Assembly (NCBI GenBank): GCA_963827965.1
Contig: CAWHCW010000002.1
Span: 141,694 to 205,693, forward strand
From: an uncultured Chloroflexia bacterium
Lineage (GTDB): Bacteria > Chloroflexota > Limnocylindria > Limnocylindrales > CSP1-4
Length of the DNA: 64,000 nucleotides
Direction of reading: 5' to 3'
This document shows, in pieces, positions 53,004-62,585 of the stretch; within the stretch, counting starts at the first letter, position 1, and the number at the start of each line of letters is the position of its first letter. The notes under the pieces were generated by a model. The model saw only the letters and a program-made list of their open reading frames with translations. It was not told the origin of the DNA and searched no databases. The position numbers and the translations under genes are program-made.

Positions 53004-54018
53004 TCAGCCAGTCGCCCGAAGCACCCGGCAGGCGCGGAGCGTGACCCAGCGGCTCGGCGCCCCGGGCGCGTCGATGTCGCGCCACATCTTCCCGGCATAC
53101 GGGTACCGGTTTGCCCAGCGGCCCTGCGCATCCTGCTGGGCCAGCAACCACTCGACGGCATGCTCCAGCCGGGGGTCGCCCCCGGCGCCGGCCTCGACGA
53201 GCGCCTCCAGGACCTGCAGGACGTCGGTCACGTACCCCGACGGGAAGCCCAGCTTGAACCATGAGCCGTTCGGCTTCGTGTTGCCGTAGCCCATCGGGTA
53301 GTCGGCGACGGCCGGGTCACGGGACAGGAGGAAGTCGACGGAGACCTCGAGCGCCCGGGCGACCTCGGGCGAGCGTCGCTCGGGCGGGATCCGGGCGAGG
53401 GCCGAGGAGCGCCTTCGTCGCGCCCCAGGCACAGGGCAGCCCCTCGTTGGCACCGCAGCGGAAGCCCGGCCCGGGGGTGATCGCGTTCCAGGGCGGGTCG
53501 CCGCTGCCCGTGATGGCCGACGTCTCCCAGGCGACGGCGCGGCCGACCCGCTCGTCGTCGAGCCAGCCGAAGCCGATGAGCGCGCGGAGGAGGTTCCCGT
53601 TGAGGCAGTGGATGACGGTGGACGGCGGGGGAGGGGCCTCGCGTGCGACACCCGACGCCGCGAACCCGCCGGTCCGAGCCTGGCTGTGGGCGAGGACGTA
53701 GGCGCAGGCGGCGCGGACCCGTGGCTCGGCCGGATCGGCGCCGAGCTGGTCGAGGAAGATCAGCGACCAGGTCGTGCCCCGGTACTTCGACGCGTAGCCG
53801 TGGCCCGGCTTCTCCCACCAGCCGGCGGGGTCCTGGGCGGCGAGGATCGCCGCGATCGGCTCGGCCCGGGTGGCCGCCTCGCGCGCCGCCCGCACGTCCG
53901 GGTCGTCGGCGGCACGTCCGAGCAGGGCGCGCAGGGCGAGGTGGCGAACGGCCGGATTCGCCTCGTCGAGCAGCCAGGGGAGCGGGTCGCCCCGCAATCG
54001 GTCGCGCCAGTCGTTCAT
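53004..54018 (-). CDS. Prenyltransferase/squalene-cyclase-repeat (alpha-alpha toroid) protein; one frameshift near 53400
   Basis: GGAGG RBS. MNDWRDRLRGDPLPWLLDEANPAVRHLALRALL..QDPAGWWEK..TTWSLIFLDQLG..then YPMGYGNTKPNGSWFKLGFPSGYVTDVLQVLEALV..AVEWLLAQQDAQGRW. Confidence 0.6.
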
Positions 54019-54148
54019 CGCGGACCTCCGCCACCATGCTCGCGAGCCGGGAAGCAGGTGGCACGAATTGCCCCGTCCCATCTTCGCCGCCCGGTGCGTC
54101 GATCGTGCCGCCGGAGATGCGCGATGACAATACCCGGGCCGGCCTGCT

Positions 54149-54266
54149 CAGCCGAGAACGCGCTCAGCGTCCGTGGTCCAGCCGAATGCATGGCCGGCCC
54201 AGTACCCGAGCCAGCCGCCGACGATGCCCGTCACCACCAGAACACGACGATGACCCACGCTCGCAC
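54149..54266 (-). CDS. Possible small membrane peptide (about 38 aa) needing one frameshift
   Basis: GGGGAGGG then GTG. VRAWVIVVF / VVTGIVGGWLGYWAGHAFGWTTDAERVLG. Weak support. Confidence 0.25.
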
Positions 54267-54348
54267 GACACGTCCCTCCCCAGGGCGGTGTCGCGGGTCG
54301 GTCTCGCCAGTGGCCGCGCGGTCCGGCGGCCGGAGTGTGGGCCGCGCG

Positions 54349-55512
54349 TCAGAGCCTCCCACGCTGCAGGTCAGTCTCCTGCGACCGGAAGAGCATCGCC
54401 AGTGCCCTTTGGCCTCGTCGACCCGGTGGGCGAGGCTGGCCGCGCGGGCGGTCGTTGCCTTGCTCGAGCGTGATGCCCGGCTCGCCGGCGGCATCGACCC
54501 GTCCCACCCGCCACGAGTCGACGCCGGCCGCCTCCAGCGCATCCTCCACGGCCCGCACTGCGTCCGGGGGCACGGCGGCGAGCAGCCCGCCGGAGGTCTG
54601 CGGGTCGTGGGCGAGCGTCACGAGCGGCTGGGAGACGCCGGGCGCGACGTCCAGCGCCGAGGCGACGAAGCGGCGGTTGTGAGCTGCCCCGCCCGTCTCC
54701 ACGCCGGCCGCCGCCAGCGCGAGCGCCCCCGGGAGGGCCGGGATGGCGGCCGCGTCGAAGACGAGCCGCACCCCCGAGGCCCGTGACATCTCCAGGCCGT
54801 GGCCCAGGAGCCCGAAGCCGGTGACGTCGGTGGCCGCGCGAATCCCGGCCCCCACGAGCACGCCCGCCGCCGCCCGGTTCAGCTGGCGCATGGACGCGAT
54901 CGCAGCGTCGAGGTCCGCTGGTGCCGCCCTCCCCTGGCGGGCCCCGGAGACCAGGAGGCCCGTCCCGAGCGGCTTCGTCAGCAGCAGCACGTCGCCGGGC
55001 CGGGCGCCTCCCTTGCGCAGGAGATGGTCGGGGTGACCGACGCCGACCACGGCCAGGCCGAACTTCGGCTCCGGGTCGCGGATGGTGTGCCCCCCGGCGA
55101 GCGTCCCGCCGGCCTCGCGGACGACCTCCGCCGCGCCGCCGATGATGGCCGCCATCACCTCCGCCGGCAGCTCCTCCGGGAAGGCCGCCACGGAGAGGGC
55201 GAAGAGCACCCGCCCGCCCATCGCGAAGACGTCGGAGCAGGCGTTGGCGGCGGCGATCGCCCCGAACGTCGCCGGGTCGTCAACGAGCGGAGGAAAGAAG
55301 TCCACCGTCCCGATGACGGCGAGGTCGTCCGTCAGGCGATAGACGGCGGCGTCGTCGGGCGGAGACAGGCCGGCGATGAGCTCCGGCGGCGCGGGCGTGG
55401 CGCCGAGGCCGGCGAGGACCTCGGCCAGCACGTCCGCCCCCAGCTTCGCCGCGCACCCGCCGCAGTCGGTCAGGTCGGTCAGCGCGATCGGAGAGGGGTC
55501 GGGCGTGATCAT
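54349..55512 (-). CDS. selD: Selenide, water dikinase (selenophosphate synthetase), Cys-type; intact; last about 35 codons look non-coding, so the true stop may be earlier
   Basis: MITPDPSPIALTDLTDCGGCAAKLGADVL..DDAAVYRL..VDFFPPLVDDPATFGAIAAANACSDVFAMGG..GGHTIRDPEPKFGLAVVG..TKPLGTG..ATDVTGFGLLGH. Confidence 0.9.
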   Translation of the reverse strand: MITPDPSPIALTDLTDCGGCAAKLGADVLAEVLAGLGATPAPPELIAGLSPPDDAAVYRLTDDLAVIGTVDFFPPLVDDPATFGAIAAANACSDVFAMGGRVLFALSVAAFPEELPAEVMAAIIGGAAEVVREAGGTLAGGHTIRDPEPKFGLAVVGVGHPDHLLRKGGARPGDVLLLTKPLGTGLLVSGARQGRAAPADLDAAIASMRQLNRAAAGVLVGAGIRAATDVTGFGLLGHGLEMSRASGVRLVFDAAAIPALPGALALAAAGVETGGAAHNRRFVASALDVAPGVSQPLVTLAHDPQTSGGLLAAVPPDAVRAVEDALEAAGVDSWRVGRVDAAGEPGITLEQGNDRPRGQPRPPGRRGQRALAMLFRSQETDLQRGRL

Positions 55513-55519
55513 GGCCGCG

Positions 55520-55525
55520 ATGATA
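55520..55525 (-). promoter_or_regulatory. Candidate -10 box TATCAT 7 nt upstream of the selD ATG (leaderless)
   Basis: Minus strand reads CCGTATCATCGCGGCCATG. Confidence 0.4.
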
Positions 55526-55555
55526 CGGGCCGGCGGCGACGGCTCCGCCGCGCGC

Positions 55556-55561
55556 TACCAT
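55556..55561 (+). promoter_or_regulatory. Candidate -10 box TACCAT 9 nt upstream of tRNA-Sec
   Basis: GCTACCATccggcgcac precedes the tRNA 5' end at 55571. It is divergent from selD. Confidence 0.35.
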
Positions 55562-55570
55562 CCGGCGCAC

Positions 55571-55667
55571 GGGGGCGGTTGGGTCCCGGTGGGCTCCCCG
55601 GTCTTCAAAACCGGTGCGGTCGCGCGTGACGCGGCCGGGTGGGTTCGACTCCCATGCGCTCCCGCCA
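55571..55667 (+). tRNA. selC: tRNA-Sec (anticodon UCA), 97 nt, CCA encoded
   Basis: Acceptor GGGGGCGG/GCGCUCCC (7 pairs plus a G-G mismatch). 6-bp D-stem GGGUCC-CGGU-GGGCUC. Anticodon arm CCGGU-CUUCAAA-ACCGG. Long variable arm GGUCGCG-CGUGA-CGCGGCC. T-arm GUGGG-UUCGACU-CCCAU. Discriminator G plus CCA. Confidence 0.85.
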
Positions 55668-55787
55668 CGTGAACTCCCGCGCACCCGTCGGAGCGGCCGA
55701 GGAGGCGAGTCGTTGGCGGATGGGGACGACGCACCCGGGTCAACTGCCGCAGTAGCCGGCTCACCGGCCGAGCGTTAGGATCCGATC

Positions 55788-57174
55788 GTGGGAAACGACC
55801 CCTCACCCACGGTCAGCAGCTCGCTGCCCTGCCGGCCCGTCGACGGAGGCGCGACCCCACGCCTGCGAGCGGCGCACGCCTGCTCGTCCTCTTGCTCGCT
55901 CTTCCGATCGCGTCCTGCGCGCGCGGGCCGACTCCGCAGCCCGCGTCGCCTTCTCCGCCGCGGCCGCCCGCCACCGCCACGATCGCTCCGCCCGGGCCCC
56001 CTTCGTTCACGCCCAGGCCATCGATCCCGACGCCATCGGTCACGCCAGCGTCGACGCCGACGCCGACGCCATCTGCGTCCGGCGGCTGGGCACTCGCACC
56101 ATCGTCGCCCGTGTTCGACGGGGCGGAGATCATGGACGTCGCCGCTGCCGCCCAGCGGTACGTGGCCGTCGGAGTCGTGCCCGGCAACGACGCCTCGGGA
56201 CGATCCGTTCCCACGACCGGCGCGTGGACGTCCCTCGATGGCCTGCGCTGGACGCGAGCGCGCGGTGCGCTCACCCCTGGTCGGATGGTGGCGCTGGCGG
56301 CGGGCCATGGGCAGAGTGGTGGCGGTGGGCGAGCGCCTCCACCCTGCCGGGCGAGACAGATCAGCGGGGCGCGATCTGGGTCTCGCCCGACGGTCGCTCC
56401 TGGACCCGCGTGACCGACCTGCCGGTCCCCACCCCCAGCATCCTGGCGGACGTGGTGGCGACCCCGACCGGGTTCGTCGCCGTCGGCTCCTTCTTCAGCA
56501 CCTCCCAGCCGGTGCACGCGATGGCCCTGGTCTCGCGGGACGGCGTCTCCTGGGAGCGTGCGGCCATGATCGAGAAGGCGACAGGACGCGCGATGAGCGG
56601 GATCCTCGTCGGTGGGCCGGGCCTCATCGCCTATGGGTTCGAGGACGCCCAGGATGCGGTCGCCGGCGTCATCTGGTCGTCCCGCGACGGACGTACCTGG
56701 GCCAAGTCCCAGGACGCCCCCGGGTTCCTGGCGGACGAGGGGGGTGGCTGCTGCTCGCGCAGGATCGAGCTGGTCTTCGGCGTGAAGGACCAGTGGTTCG
56801 CGATCGCCACGCCGGGGCCGGCAACCTTCCCGACGTTCAGCTCGGCCGACGGGATCCACTGGACGGCGCTCGGCGCGACCGGCCTGACGAGCATCCGGCC
56901 GCGCGCGGTGATCCGGTCCGGAGGCGAATGGCTGGCGGTGGGAGTGACCGCCCCCGGTGCGACGGCGCCACTCGAGGCCGCCGCCTGGCGTTCGCAGGAC
57001 GGGATGACCTGGATGCCCATCCCCGTGGAAGGCATCGCCGAACCGGAGGTGGACCGCCAGGTGACGGCGCTCGCGGCGGGTCCGCACGGTCCCGTCGCGG
57101 TCGGCTACCGTCGGACGGGGGACGGTCGGGTGCGCGGGCTCGTGTGGGTCCTCGGGTCGACGAGCCGACCGTAG
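55788..57174 (+). CDS. Putative lipoprotein with Pro/Thr/Ser linker and beta-propeller-like (W-x-S-x-DG-x-x-W) repeats; at least 2 frameshifts; start uncertain
   Basis: ARLLVLLLALPIASC lipobox. [25 protein letters not shown] linker. Repeats AWTSLDGLRWTRA, IWVSPDGRSWTRV, LVSRDGVSWERA, IWSSRDGRTWAKS, FSSADGIHWTAL, WRSQDGMTWMPI. Confidence 0.6.
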
Positions 57175-57325
57175 CGCGCGATCGGCCGATGGCTCACGGC
57201 AGCCGCGAGACCGCGCGAGGGGAGGACCGGTGCCCGCCACGGGAGACGTCCGGAGAGCCGGTCTCCGGGAGTGCGGCCGCTGTCCGATGCGACCGCGCTC
57301 CTGTCGCACGGCGGGGCCCATCTGC

Positions 57326-57331
57326 GATCAT
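57326..57331 (+). promoter_or_regulatory. Candidate -10 box GATCAT 7 nt upstream of the selA GTG (leaderless)
   Basis: GCGATCATCGCGGGTGTG. Compare selD GTATCATCGCGGCCATG. Confidence 0.35.
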
Positions 57332-57338
57332 CGCGGGT

Positions 57339-58717
57339 GTGACCGCGCCCGCCGTGCCCCGTCCCCCATCCGTCGAGCGGCTGCTCTCCGCCGCGCGAAC
57401 CCGCGTCGGGGATCGAGAGCACGCGGCGCTGGTCGCCGCGGCCCGCGACGAGATCGCCGTGCGAGCGGGCACGGCTGGCGTCGGCGGCGCCACGCCCCGC
57501 GACATCGGCGCCCTCGCGGACGCGCTGCTCGGCCGCCTTGCAGGCCTCGAGGCGGGTGGCGGGCCGGCCCCCGTCATCAACGCCACGGGCGTGATCGTCC
57601 ACACGAACCTTGGGCGTGCGCCATGGCCGGAGGCCGCCATCCGGGCCGCCGAGGCCGCGACCCGCGAGCCGCTCCTTCCTGGAGCTGGACCCGGCGACTG
57701 GCCGGCGCGGACGCCGCGTATCGCGCGGCCGAGGAGCACCTGCTCGCCCTCAGCGGCGCGGAGGACGCCCTCGTCACGAACAACTGCGCCGCCGCGCTTG
57801 TCCTCGCCGTGGGGCTCGCCGGCCGGAAGGGCGTCGTCGTCGGTCGGGGCGAGCTGGTCGAGATCGGGGGCGGCGTTCGGATTCCGGAGATCGTCCGGCG
57901 GGCCGGAGCGCGCCTGGTCGAGGTCGGGACGACGAACCGCACCCGCGTCGGAGACTACGAAGCGCCGCTCCGCGAAGGCCGCGCCGCGCTGGTCCTCCGC
58001 GTCCACCCCTCCAACTTCACCATGGCCGGCTTCACCGAATCCCCCGACCCGGCGGAGCTCGCCGCCCTCGCCCACGCCCACGGCGCCCTCGTCGTCGACG
58101 ACCTCGGCAGCGGCGCCCTCCTCGACACGGCGGCCTTCGGCCTGGCCCACGAGCCGACCCCGGCCGAGCGCCTGGCGGCCGGCGCGGACCTCGTCGCTCT
58201 TCTCCGGCGACAAGCTCGTCGGCGGGCCCCAGGCGGGGCTGGTCGTCGGCCGCGCGGACCTCGTCGGCCGCCTCCGCAGGGATCCGCTGGCGCGCGCGAT
58301 GCGCCCCGACAAGGCGACCCTCGCCGGCGTGGCCGCCACCCTCGGCCTCTACCGGGCGGGGCTGGCGATCCGGGAGATCCCGGTCTGGCGGATGATCGCG
58401 ACGCCGCCGGACGCCCTGCGGGAGCGGGCGGAGGCGCTGGCGGCTCGCGTGCCGGGGGCCGCGACCGTGGCCCTGGTCGCGACGATCGGCGGGGGATCGC
58501 TGCCGGGCGAGACGCTGCCGTCCTTCGGGATCGCCGTCGCCGCACGATCGGCCAGACGGCTGCTCGACGCGCCTCCGCCGCGGCGACCCGGCCGTCGTCG
58601 GGCGGATCGAGGAGGGGCGGGTCCTCCTCGACCTCCGGACGGTCGATCCGCGGGCCGACGACGAGCTGGCCGGGGCGCTCGACTGGTGCGCTGGCGGCGA
58701 CCGGGGATGCCGGATGA
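57339..58717 (+). CDS. selA: L-seryl-tRNA(Sec) selenium transferase; at least 4 frameshifts
   Basis: PSVERLLSAA..VINATGVIVHTNLGRAPW / ELDPATG.. / AEEHLLALSGAEDALVTNNCAAALVLA..GELVEIGGGVRIPEI..VGTTNRT..VHPSNF / LFSGDKLVGGPQAGLVVG (PLP Lys)..RPDKATLAGVAATL / VVGRIEEGRVLLDLRTV. Confidence 0.85.
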
Positions 58718-60611
58718 CGGTCGTCGTCGGGACCGCCGGTCACATCGACCACGGCAAGACGACGCTCCTGCGGGCGCTCACCGGGATCGACGCCGACCGG
58801 CTTCCCGAGGAGCGGCGGCGGGGGATGACGATCGAGGTCGGCTACGCGCACCTGCGCCTGCCCGACGGCGACGTCCTCGACTTCGTCGACGTCCCCGGCC
58901 ACGACCGGCTCGTCGGGAACATGCTCGTCGGGGCCGGCGAGATCGACGCGGTCCTCCTCGTGGTCGCGGCCGATGACGGGCCGCGGGCGCAGACCCGCGA
59001 GCACGTGGAGCTGCTGGATGCGCTGGGGCTGCGCCACGCGGTGGTGGCCGTGACCAAGGCGGACGCGGTCGATGCGGCGAGGGCCGCGGAGGTCGTCGAT
59101 GCCGTCGGGGACCTCCTCCGGCCAACGACGTTCGCGGGTGCGCCGGTCGTCATCGTCTCGGCCGTGACCGGCACCGGAATCGGGGCGCTGGTCGGGGCGC
59201 TCGTCGCGCTGCGGGACCGTGCCCGCGCCGACGGGGCAGGCGCGGAGGGGCCGGCGCGCCTGGCGATCGACCGGGTCTTCGGCGTCAAGGGCCGTGGCAC
59301 GGTCGTCACGGGCACGCTCCGCGGCGGGCCGCTGACGCGCGGCATGTCGCTGCGCCTGGAGCCGGGCGGGGCGGCCGTGCGGGCGCGGGAGCTGCAGGCG
59401 CGTGGCACGGCCGTCGATGCGGGCGGACCGGGCGGTCGGCTGGCGGCGAACGTGACCGGTGTCGAACGAGCGGCGATCGCGCGCGGCGTCGTCCTCACCG
59501 ACAGACCCGAGCGTCGTGGCGACCGACCGCCTCCTGGTCGCCCTGCGGCCGGCGCTTGCGCTCACGGCGGGGGGAGCCCGGCGACGGGACGCGATCGCGG
59601 GCGGCACGGCCGTCCGGCTGCACCTCGGGACGGCGCAGGTGGCGGGCGTCGTGCGCCGGTCGAGACGCGACGTCGACGACCTGCCGGCCGGCGAGGCGAC
59701 CGCGATCCTGCGGCTGGCGGCCCCGATCGCGGCGGCGCCCGGGGACCGGTTCGTGCTCCGGCGACCGTCCCCGGCCGAGCCGCTGGCCGGCGGCCGCGTC
59801 CTGGATCCCCGGCCGCCCTCGGGTGCCGCCTGGCGGCGCGCGACCAGCGCGGACGTGGGCGCCCTGGCCCGGGCGGCGAGCCCGGAAGAGCGCGGCGTGG
59901 CTCTCCTGTCGCTGCACGGGGCACTCCCCCGGGGGCACGCGGCCGGCGGGTCGTTCCCGGCGGGTTCGACGGTGGCGGCCGGTCGCCTGGCCCTGTCCCC
60001 GGGCGTCGCGTCCGCGGTCGCCGCCGAGGCGCTCGCCGCGGTCGACACGGCTCCCGGCGACGGGATCCTGCTCGCCGAGCTGCGGGGACGCCTGGGCCGT
60101 GCCCTCCGCCGGCGGACGTCGGTCGACGCCGAGACGGCAGCAGGCGCCGGTGGCGCGCTCGTCGAGGCCCTCGTCGCGGCCGGCCGGCTGGCGCGGACCG
60201 GGGACCTCGTCCACCTGCCGGGCCGGGCCGTGGGCCTGGCGCCGGAGGTCGAGGCGGCGATGGACAGGCTGACGGCGATCCTCGACGCGCCTGCCCCCCC
60301 GGGCCTCGCCGAGGCCGCGCGCTCGGCTGCGTGCCCGCCGGCGGGGATCGCCGCCCTCGAGGCGGCCGGCCGGATCGTCCGCGTCGAGGAGGACCTCGCC
60401 TGGTCGGCGCCGGCCTTCGCCCGCCTCGCAGGCGGCGGCCCTCCGGCTCGTCGCCGCGGGCCCGCTCACGCCGGCGTCCCTGCGCGACGCCACCGGCACC
60501 AGCCGCAGGTACGTCATGGCCCTCCTCGAGGAGCTCGACCGGCGGGGCGTGCTGGCCCGGACGCCCGACGGGCATGTCCCCGGGCCGCGAGCGGGGACGG
60601 CGGGGAGGTGA
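58714..60611 (+). CDS. selB: Selenocysteine-specific translation elongation factor; 2 frameshifts (about 59500, 60430)
   Basis: ATGA overlap with sel[65 protein letters not shown]-terminal winged-helix region [32 protein letters not shown] in another frame. Confidence 0.85.
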
Positions 60612-61225
60612 GCGTTCCGCGCGTGACCGGCATCGTCCTGGCCGGCGGGCGCTCGACCCGCTTCGGCGGCGACAAGCTGGCGGCGCAGGTCCGCGGTCGA
60701 CCGCTCCTGCACCTGGCGATCGCCGCCGTGGCCGCGGTCGCCGACGAGGTCGTGGTCGTCGTCGGGCTCGACGGGCCCGAACCGGCGCTGCCGCCCGACC
60801 TCCCGGTGCCGGTCGTCGTGGCGCACGATGCCGTCGCCGGCCAGGGCCCCCTCGCCGGGCTCGCGGCGGGCCTCGCCTCCGCCTCCCACCCGCTGGCCCT
60901 GCTCGTGGGAGGCGACCAGCCCGCCCTGCGACCCGAGCTCCTCCGCGAGCTCCTGCGCGGGCTCGCCCCGGGCGCCGCCGATCCGCCGCTCGACGTCATC
61001 GGGCTCGAGGAGGACGGGACCCTGCGGCCGCTCCCGGTCGCCCTCCGGGTCGCGACGGCCGGCCCGGCCGCGGAGGTCGCGCTGGCCGGCGGAACGCGGA
61101 GCCTCGTGGGGCTGTTCGGCGGGCTTCGCGCCGCCACGCTGGACCCGGGGCGGTGGCGCGAGCTCGACCCCGCTGGAGACTCGCTGCGGGACGTGGACAC
61201 GCGCGACGACCTCCAGCGGTCCTGA
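60608..61225 (+). CDS. mobA: Molybdenum cofactor guanylyltransferase
   Basis: GTGA overlap with selB. VTGIVLAGGRSTRFGGDKLAAQVRGRPLL..GQGPLAGLAAGL..LLVGGDQPAL. Intact. Confidence 0.8.
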   Translation: MSVPRVTGIVLAGGRSTRFGGDKLAAQVRGRPLLHLAIAAVAAVADEVVVVVGLDGPEPALPPDLPVPVVVAHDAVAGQGPLAGLAAGLASASHPLALLVGGDQPALRPELLRELLRGLAPGAADPPLDVIGLEEDGTLRPLPVALRVATAGPAAEVALAGGTRSLVGLFGGLRAATLDPGRWRELDPAGDSLRDVDTRDDLQRS

Positions 61226-61367
61226 CGGGCGGCGGGTATCCTCGGCGGGCCACCAACCCGGACGACCAGCGCGGAGCTCCCCGTGACCCACTTCCACCCT
61301 CGGGCCGTTCGCCGAGCCGATCCGCACCGGGGGCGCCTGGGGCGCCTGGTGGCGAGGGTGGTACCGC

Positions 61368-61841
61368 GTGCTTCGCCTCTTCGGCGGCCCGCTCGGCCGG
61401 TTGGCCGCGCAGCCCGGCTTCGGGAACCTGGTCCTCCTGCGGGTGGTCGGCCGACGCTCCGGTTCCGAGCGATCCCTCCCCCTCGGGCTGCTGACCGTGG
61501 AGGGGCGGCGCTACCTGGGCCACCCCAGCGGCGACGCTGCCTGGACGCTGAACCTCCGGGCGGCCGCGTCGGCGACGATCGAGAGCGCCCGGGTCCCCCG
61601 CACCCGCGTCCGGCCCGTCCTCCTGGGGCCGGGCAGGGAGCGCGACGAGGCAGTCCGCGCCAGCTTTCGCCAGCACCCGTTCCCCGGCAACGCGATGTAC
61701 CGGCTCGCCGGCCGCCACGTCGAGGGGACCGGTGTCTTCTTCCGCCTCGAGCCGGTGAACGCGGCGGCCGTGGCGCCCGTGGCCGTGGCGCCCGTTGCGC
61801 CCGTGGCGCCGGTCGAGCCACCCCCAGGAGGCCCCACCTGA
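61368..61841 (+). CDS. Deazaflavin-dependent nitroreductase-like (DDN/split-barrel) protein; N-terminus may extend upstream; C-terminal APV repeats
   Basis: FGNLVLLRVVGRRSGSERSLPLGLLTVEGRRYLGHPSGDAAWTLNLRAAASATIE..VRPVLL. Tail AAVAPVAVAPVAPVAPVEP from a 9-bp tandem repeat. Confidence 0.5.
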   Translation: MLRLFGGPLGRLAAQPGFGNLVLLRVVGRRSGSERSLPLGLLTVEGRRYLGHPSGDAAWTLNLRAAASATIESARVPRTRVRPVLLGPGRERDEAVRASFRQHPFPGNAMYRLAGRHVEGTGVFFRLEPVNAAAVAPVAVAPVAPVAPVEPPPGGPT

Positions 61842-62389
61842 GCACGTCCGTCCACGTCCTCACCGCAGGCTACGCCGACGAGCGGGTCGCCAGCAGCGTC
61901 ACCCTCGTCCGCGACGGCGACGCCCTGATCGTCGCGGATCCCGGCATGGTGGCCAGCCGTGGCCGGATCCTCGACCCGCTCGCCGCGCTCGGCGTCGCAC
62001 CGGGGGACGTGACCCACGTCTTCCTCTCCCATCACCACCCCGACCACACGATCAACGTGGCCCTCTTCCCGAACGCCGAGGTCGTCGACTTCTGGGCCCG
62101 CTACCGGGCCGACGAGTGGCTCGACCACGACGGCGACGGCTACCTCCTGGCGCCCAACGCAGCGCTCTGGCTGACGCCCGGCCACACGGAGGAGGACGCG
62201 TCGCTGATCGTCCGCGCGGACGACGCGGTCTACGCCCTCACCCATCTCTGGTGGCGCGGCGACCGGACGCCGCTCGTCGACCCGCTTGCCTGGGACCAGG
62301 CGAAGCTGGAGGCGGGCCGCGAACGCCTCCTCCGCGGCGGAATCGACATCGTGATTCCCGGCCACGGCGAAGCGTTCCGCCTGCGGTAG
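61838..62389 (+). CDS. MBL-fold metallo-hydrolase; start codon uncertain (CTG 61838 after AGGAGG, or internal)
   Basis: VHVLTAGYADERVASSVTLVRDGDALIVADPGM..THVFLSHHHPDHTINVALF (HxHxDH)..LWLTPGHTEEDASLIV..VIPGHGEAF. Confidence 0.7.
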   Translation: MSTSVHVLTAGYADERVASSVTLVRDGDALIVADPGMVASRGRILDPLAALGVAPGDVTHVFLSHHHPDHTINVALFPNAEVVDFWARYRADEWLDHDGDGYLLAPNAALWLTPGHTEEDASLIVRADDAVYALTHLWWRGDRTPLVDPLAWDQAKLEAGRERLLRGGIDIVIPGHGEAFRLR

Positions 62390-62435
62390 CCCCAACGTCC
62401 CGGTCCGGGCGGGCCGCTCGGCCCTTCCCGCCGGC

Positions 62436-62465
62436 TTGACGGCCCCGTGACACTCGCAGTACTGG
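62436..62465 (+). promoter_or_regulatory. Candidate sigma70-type promoter (TTGACG-N18-TACTGG)
   Basis: Seen about 120 nt upstream of ATG 62586. Sequence match only. Confidence 0.25.
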
Positions 62466-62585
62466 ACGACCGCCGGGCCCTTGCCGGGAACCGGCTCGTT
62501 CGCCGACGTCGTCGCCGGCGCGCGCCCGGGCGCACACCGCCCCCGCGCGAGCGTTCCCCGCGACGGCCTGGAGGACGGACGAACC

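Noticed and set aside
48347-53161. 1604-aa minus-strand ORF as one giant protein
   Set aside because: It is a chance read-through frame that threads pieces of RACo, DUF1638 and out-of-frame fdhA. Real motifs are distributed over all three frames of several separate genes.
55571-55667. Doubt about tRNA-Sec because of a poor first-pass acceptor stem
   Set aside because: Re-folding with a 2-nt linker and a 6-bp D-stem gives a 7-bp acceptor (plus one G-G mismatch), a UCA anticodon loop, a long variable arm and a canonical T-loop. The feature is retained as tRNA-Sec.
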